From: Candidatus Micrarchaeota archaeon
GTDB taxonomy: Archaea > Micrarchaeota > Micrarchaeia > Anstonellales > Anstonellaceae
DNA: 64,000 bases
Assembly (NCBI GenBank): GCA_021814005.1
Contig: JAKAJC010000001.1
Coordinates: 5,379-69,378 of the forward strand
Direction: 5' to 3'
Below, piece after piece: positions 60,044-64,000 of the stretch (its first letter is position 1; each line of letters starts with the position of its first letter). Both the position numbers and the translations under genes were made by a program. A model generated the notes under the pieces. It did not search any database. It was not told the DNA's origin and saw only the letters and a list, made by a program, of their open reading frames with translations.

Positions 60044-61309
60044 TCACTCTTTTCTGGCGTAATAGAATGGGTACAAAGCGTCTCCATAAGACGGATAGAG
60101 CGGAATTATGCCATTGTAAGGAGACTCGGGTGCCGCCTTGTAGGCCACGATGAACTTGTCTGCCTTGACGCACTCATAGGCGGCGGCGGTTTTGCCGTCT
60201 TTGACTTCATAATCCGAAACCCTAAGCGAGTTGGCCATGATAAAACTCATGGCGTTGGCGCCCAGCACAGCGCCGGTGTCATAGGCAAAGAATTTGAGAA
60301 GCTCATACATCGACTTCTCGGACGCTGCCCAGTGCCGTGTTTTGACAGCCAGATAATCAAAGCGGGCGTCGGGCAGGGCGGTTTGGAGTTTCTGCGCAAA
60401 ACCGTTGATGTCGTCGTTTTGGCCGCCCAGCGCATTGATGATGTTCGCCACTTCATTTGGCTCGTTGAAGAGCGCGTCGCCGTGGACAAGAATCACCATC
60501 GCGCCGCCTGGCTTGACCAGCTGGTAGGCCTGCGTCGCTATGTCCACCCAGTGCTCGGGCGGATGGAAGTAGAGCATGTGGTCAAGACAAACGAGGTCTG
60601 CCTGCGGGAAGTCATAGCTTTTGTAGGCCGCCAGGCCGTTGTCTGATATGCGCAGGGTGTATGGGGCATTGTCATCGCCAATGATGCTGATGCTGTCGGG
60701 AAGCGGAGTGCGCTTGCGGTTCAGCCAGCCGAGTTCGTAATTTGAAGTAAGAACGCTTTTCACTTCACTCTCGCTCGCCGTAACGCCGTATGGGAATTCC
60801 GCGTGCGCGAGCTGGAATTTCAGATGCGGCTTGCATGGCGCATATCCGTTGGCGATTTTGATTGCCTGCGCGAAGTTGTGCAAAAATTTCGGCTTTTTGT
60901 TTTTGAATTTGAGAGAGAAGTATTTTTCAAGAATTTTGAGGGCTTCGGGATTGCGGTCAACCAGAATCGCTTCCTTGAACTGCTCCGCCTCTAGCGTATT
61001 GGACGAGAATACGCCCTCGCCTGCGCCGATGCTCAAATAGGTCTTTGGATTTTCAAGTTTCGGCACAATGTGGCTGCGGACAATCTGCGCGCCCACCTGC
61101 TTTTCGTCGGTTGAATGATAGAAGAAGTGGAGCTGGTCCATGAAGCCGGGTTCGCGGGAAACGGTGTAGCTCCTCTTGGTGCCAGGGTCGTTTTGGATTG
61201 TGATGTTGAACAGGCGGCGCTCGAGCGCATTCAGCCGCTCGACCGAGGGCTTGGCAGGCGAGGAAACAGCGGGAGTTTTCCAGACAAGGGAAGTTGTAGG
61301 GGTTGACAT
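60044..61309 (-). CDS. Hypothetical protein with class-I SAM-methyltransferase-like core and a large insertion
   Basis: 'YLSIGAGEGVF' (motif I-like), 'AILVDRNPEAL', 'ADLVCLDHMLYF' and 'LVKPGGAMVILV'. An insertion of about 100 aa lies between motifs II and IV. The family assignment is tentative. Confidence 0.45.
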   Translation of the reverse strand: MSTPTTSLVWKTPAVSSPAKPSVERLNALERRLFNITIQNDPGTKRSYTVSREPGFMDQLHFFYHSTDEKQVGAQIVRSHIVPKLENPKTYLSIGAGEGVFSSNTLEAEQFKEAILVDRNPEALKILEKYFSLKFKNKKPKFLHNFAQAIKIANGYAPCKPHLKFQLAHAEFPYGVTASESEVKSVLTSNYELGWLNRKRTPLPDSISIIGDDNAPYTLRISDNGLAAYKSYDFPQADLVCLDHMLYFHPPEHWVDIATQAYQLVKPGGAMVILVHGDALFNEPNEVANIINALGGQNDDINGFAQKLQTALPDARFDYLAVKTRHWAASEKSMYELLKFFAYDTGAVLGANAMSFIMANSLRVSDYEVKDGKTAAAYECVKADKFIVAYKAAPESPYNGIIPLYPSYGDALYPFYYARKE

Positions 61310-61448
61310 GGTTTTCTATTGAGTTGTAAAATATAAAAATGAATGGGCTTGGGCGCGGAAGCCGCAGAAGCGGGGGGGAGGCAGCAGGTATTATTAACCT
61401 CTATGGTGGGAAATAAGTGGGAATAACAAATTACAAAGGTGAATGACC

Positions 61449-62057
61449 ATGCTGACAATGATGAAAGAAACTTCCGGCAACGGAACCGCCCTCAAGACCG
61501 CATCAGTCAAAGACAGCATTTTGCTCATCAACAAGGTGCTGGCTTCGAACGGCCTGAGTAAGGCGGTGTTCAGCCGCGACCAGTGGCAGGATTTGGGCAA
61601 ACTGGCCAGATATCTTGACACGCGGGAGGAGCGCCTTCGAAATTATCTTGAACTTGCGGTTGGCGGCTGCTCCCTGCCCTGCACCGACTTCAAGACGATG
61701 GTTATGCGCTCGCAAAGCGCGCGGGCGGAGGCAAAAGCGGTCTTTTTGGGCGCGGCGCCGCAGATTGCAGGCCAAATCATGGATTCGGGCAGGCCGCTAA
61801 ATGATGCAGAAGTCAAAAAGTTCATCAGCGCCGCAGAGCCGCTGCTTGGAGAGCTTTTGGCGAGCGCGCTCACGCCGAAAACAATAGGCGGGGGCGGAGA
61901 ACTGCTGGATGCCGAAGTGGCCAACGCGCTCGGCTCGGCGCAAAAGGCCGGTCTGCTGACAGAAATCGGGAAAATTGTTGAGGCGGTGCAGGCCAATGAA
62001 AAAATTGGATTTGCGTATGAGGAAAAGAAGCAGGTTGAATTTATGGGCATCCACTAA
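61449..62057 (+). CDS. Hypothetical soluble alpha-helical protein
   Basis: 202 aa, no TM and no recognisable motif. The ATG at 61449 is 6 nt after AGGTGA. Lies upstream of the ABC transporter genes. Confidence 0.45.
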   Translation: MLTMMKETSGNGTALKTASVKDSILLINKVLASNGLSKAVFSRDQWQDLGKLARYLDTREERLRNYLELAVGGCSLPCTDFKTMVMRSQSARAEAKAVFLGAAPQIAGQIMDSGRPLNDAEVKKFISAAEPLLGELLASALTPKTIGGGGELLDAEVANALGSAQKAGLLTEIGKIVEAVQANEKIGFAYEEKKQVEFMGIH

Positions 62058-62112
62058 TCGCCGGCGTTTGCCAAGTATGATATGAAACCAATATAAACCG
62101 CCGAAACGAGAG

Positions 62113-63075
62113 ATGGCCATGGATTACGCCGTCGAAGCGGAAGGCATCACCAAGGTCTACAAAAACAAGGTGGCGCTCTACGACTTTTCGCTTAAAATAA
62201 AAAAGGGCCAGATATTCGGACTTCTTGGCCCCAACGGCGCGGGCAAAAGCACCTTCATCCGAATATTGTCAGGCCTTGAGAAGGCGGATTCCGGCACATT
62301 GAAGATGATGGGAACAAAGGCCGGCAGCCAGACAAGAAAAAAAATCGGGGTTGCGCCGCAGGATGATTCTGTCTATCCGCTTCTGACCTGCCGCGAAAAT
62401 CTCAAATATTTCGGCTCGCTCTACGGAGTGAGGGGCAAAAAGGCGGAAGAGACGGCGCTCTCATTGCTGGAACAATTGGGGCTTGGCGAAAAAAAGGATG
62501 TGCAGGCAGGCTTTTTGTCTGGCGGCATGAGAAAGAGGCTGAATCTGGCGTGCGCGCTCATGCATTCGCCCCAGATAATCATACTTGACGAGCCGACCAC
62601 GGGGCTTGACCCGGCCACCCGCATCAAGATGTGGGACACGGTCCGCACCATTGTGAAGGAAACAAACGCAACCCTTCTTCTCACCACGCACTATATGGAA
62701 GAGGCTGAAGCCCTCTGCCAGCAAATCGCTTTTGTGAATGCGGGCCAAAACGTTGCTCTCGGCACGCCGGACGAGCTCAAGGGAAAAATCGGGCGGGAGA
62801 TTTTGAAAATCACCACAATTCCGGGCGGGCCCGACAAATTGATTCAGATTCTGGGCAAGCTGAAAGGCATCGAGTCTGTAAAACCGGCAGACCACGGGGT
62901 TGTGGTGGACGGCGGCAGCATCGCATCAAGGCTGCCCGAAATTTCAAAACATCTGGAAAAACACGGCCAGACCGTGGTGGAGATGTCGCTCTCACGCCCG
63001 TCGCTGGAGGACGTGTTTCTTACAATCACCGGCTCGAAATTAAGGGAGGTAGGTACGATTGGACCTGATAAATGA
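62113..63075 (+). CDS. ABC transporter ATP-binding protein (ABC-2 / DrrA-like exporter family)
   Basis: 'GLLGPNGAGKST', 'LSGGMRKRLNLA' and 'IIILDEPTTGLD'. Confidence 0.9.
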   Translation: MAMDYAVEAEGITKVYKNKVALYDFSLKIKKGQIFGLLGPNGAGKSTFIRILSGLEKADSGTLKMMGTKAGSQTRKKIGVAPQDDSVYPLLTCRENLKYFGSLYGVRGKKAEETALSLLEQLGLGEKKDVQAGFLSGGMRKRLNLACALMHSPQIIILDEPTTGLDPATRIKMWDTVRTIVKETNATLLLTTHYMEEAEALCQQIAFVNAGQNVALGTPDELKGKIGREILKITTIPGGPDKLIQILGKLKGIESVKPADHGVVVDGGSIASRLPEISKHLEKHGQTVVEMSLSRPSLEDVFLTITGSKLREVGTIGPDK

Positions 63076-64000
63076 GGTGATAAAGGACGCATGGCAGTTC
63101 GTGCGCGAGCCGCGCACCCTTCTCCTGCTCATAGTTGCACCTCTTCTCGTGCTCCTTGTCACCGCTTCGGTGTTCGGCGGCCAGTCGGGGCAGACAAACG
63201 GCCGCAGCGTGATTGGCGTGTGCGACATGGACGCAAGCAACTCCTCCTCGCTTTTCCTTGACAGCATCAGAAACAACAGCCGCGTTGTGGAAATAGTGAA
63301 CGAAACAGGCTGCGCCAAGCAGCTGGAAGACGGAGTGAAAACCGGAAAGCTCGCGGCCGGAATAATAATTCAGTTCGGCTTTGAGGCCGGAATAAAGGCT
63401 GGCGAGAGCCAGAACATTTCTCTGTTTTTGGACAATTCGCGCATACAGGTTTCGCCGACAATAGACGCGCTGGTGACTGCGGCAGTGGAGAAAACCGATG
63501 AAGCCATCGGAACCGAATTCATAAGCACGGTGTGGAAGCGCCTTGACGAGGCCGACACCCGACTTGGAAAACTTGTGGGCGACATGAACGACACAAGGCA
63601 GAGGGCGACGCAGATGAGGCAGGATCTCAACGGCACCGCCCGCTCGCTCGCTTCTCTCGACATCGCCGGCGTTAAAAATCAGATAACACTCGCAAACGAC
63701 ACGGTGCTTGGCGCATCCGCTTCGCTGGCAGAAGCAAGGTCGAATTTGACTAAAATCGAGACCGACATGGTCGGCTACGATGAAAGTCTTGTCCAGACCG
63801 AATCCGACCTCCTGGCCATCAACGACAGCCTGTACAACACAACACAGACAATTTCAAATGCCAAGGCGGCGGTGAATTGCAGCAACATAACGTTTAGCGC
63901 TTATTGCGCTTCGCTGGACGCTTTCAATGCAGGCATAGACGCCCCTCGCCAGTCGGTCGAGGCCAGAATACTCAAGGTGAGGGAGGCGCGCCAGAGTCTG
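63059..64000 (+). CDS. ABC-2-type permease with large extracytoplasmic (YhgE/Pip-like) domain; 3'-truncated by the window end
   Basis: Not in the ORF track. The frame is open from TTG 63059 (GGGAGGT 8 nt upstream; overlaps the ATPase stop) to the window end. It has one N-terminal TM ('LLLLIVAPLLVLLVTASVF'), then a coiled domain with many N-x-S/T sequons. Confidence 0.7.
   Translation, partial: MDLINEVIKDAWQFVREPRTLLLLIVAPLLVLLVTASVFGGQSGQTNGRSVIGVCDMDASNSSSLFLDSIRNNSRVVEIVNETGCAKQLEDGVKTGKLAAGIIIQFGFEAGIKAGESQNISLFLDNSRIQVSPTIDALVTAAVEKTDEAIGTEFISTVWKRLDEADTRLGKLVGDMNDTRQRATQMRQDLNGTARSLASLDIAGVKNQITLANDTVLGASASLAEARSNLTKIETDMVGYDESLVQTESDLLAINDSLYNTTQTISNAKAAVNCSNITFSAYCASLDAFNAGIDAPRQSVEARILKVREARQSL

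Noticed and set aside
1-64000. Search for CRISPR arrays, transposases, integrases, prophage genes, toxin-antitoxin pairs or known defence systems
   Set aside because: I recognised none in any frame. The accessory content here consists of glycan-synthesis, regulatory and orphan membrane genes.

Overview
This is an archaeal chromosomal fragment, GC-rich by eye (about 55-60% G+C) and densely coding. The core is the conserved archaeal ribosomal-protein superoperon: rpl3 through rpl15; secY-adk-DUF106-rpl34e-cmk-rpl14e; cbf5; and rps13-rps4-rps11-rpoD-rpl18e-rpl13-rps9-rpoN-rps2. Housekeeping genes flank it: ADP-forming acetyl-CoA synthetase, a beta-CASP RNase, MCM, PdxS/Ogg/PdxT, peroxiredoxin, enolase, MsrB, IleRS, RFC small subunit, an SPFH protein, Pelota, ABCE1 and an ABC-2 exporter. 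I folded three tRNAs by hand. tRNA-Ser(GGA) has a 53-nt intron at the canonical position. tRNA-Leu(GAG) has no intron. tRNA-Pro(GGG) has a 39-nt intron in the T-arm (53/54) that fits a bulge-helix-bulge motif. Accessory material interrupts the conserved blocks in several places. (i) A 3.2-kb insert lies between rpl15 and secY and carries a processive GT2, a divergent DUF5320-like/PadR pair with palindromic operators, and an orphan membrane protein. (ii) A 5.3-kb insert lies between rps2 and eno, in which two paralogous membrane-anchored thioredoxin-fold CxxC proteins bracket two processive GT2 synthases, followed by an acyltransferase. This is my best candidate for an undescribed system. (iii) A one-gene island of about 35% GC sits between rfcS and the SPFH gene. 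Other notable items are a 3 x 32-bp tandem repeat growing out of a radical-SAM gene's 3' end, a 59-aa 4xCxxC ORF missing from the ORF track, a RelA/SpoT-type HD hydrolase homologue, Ala/Pro/Lys/Glu-rich extensions on many ribosomal proteins, a near-invariant GTGATATTCATGG initiation cassette, and long polypyrimidine tracts at operon ends. I found no CRISPR array, transposase, integrase or recognisable defence gene. Many ORF-track entries are antisense or N-terminally over-extended artefacts. The lineage cannot be fixed from this window; the intron-rich tRNAs and compact genes hint at a DPANN-like archaeon, but that is only an inference.
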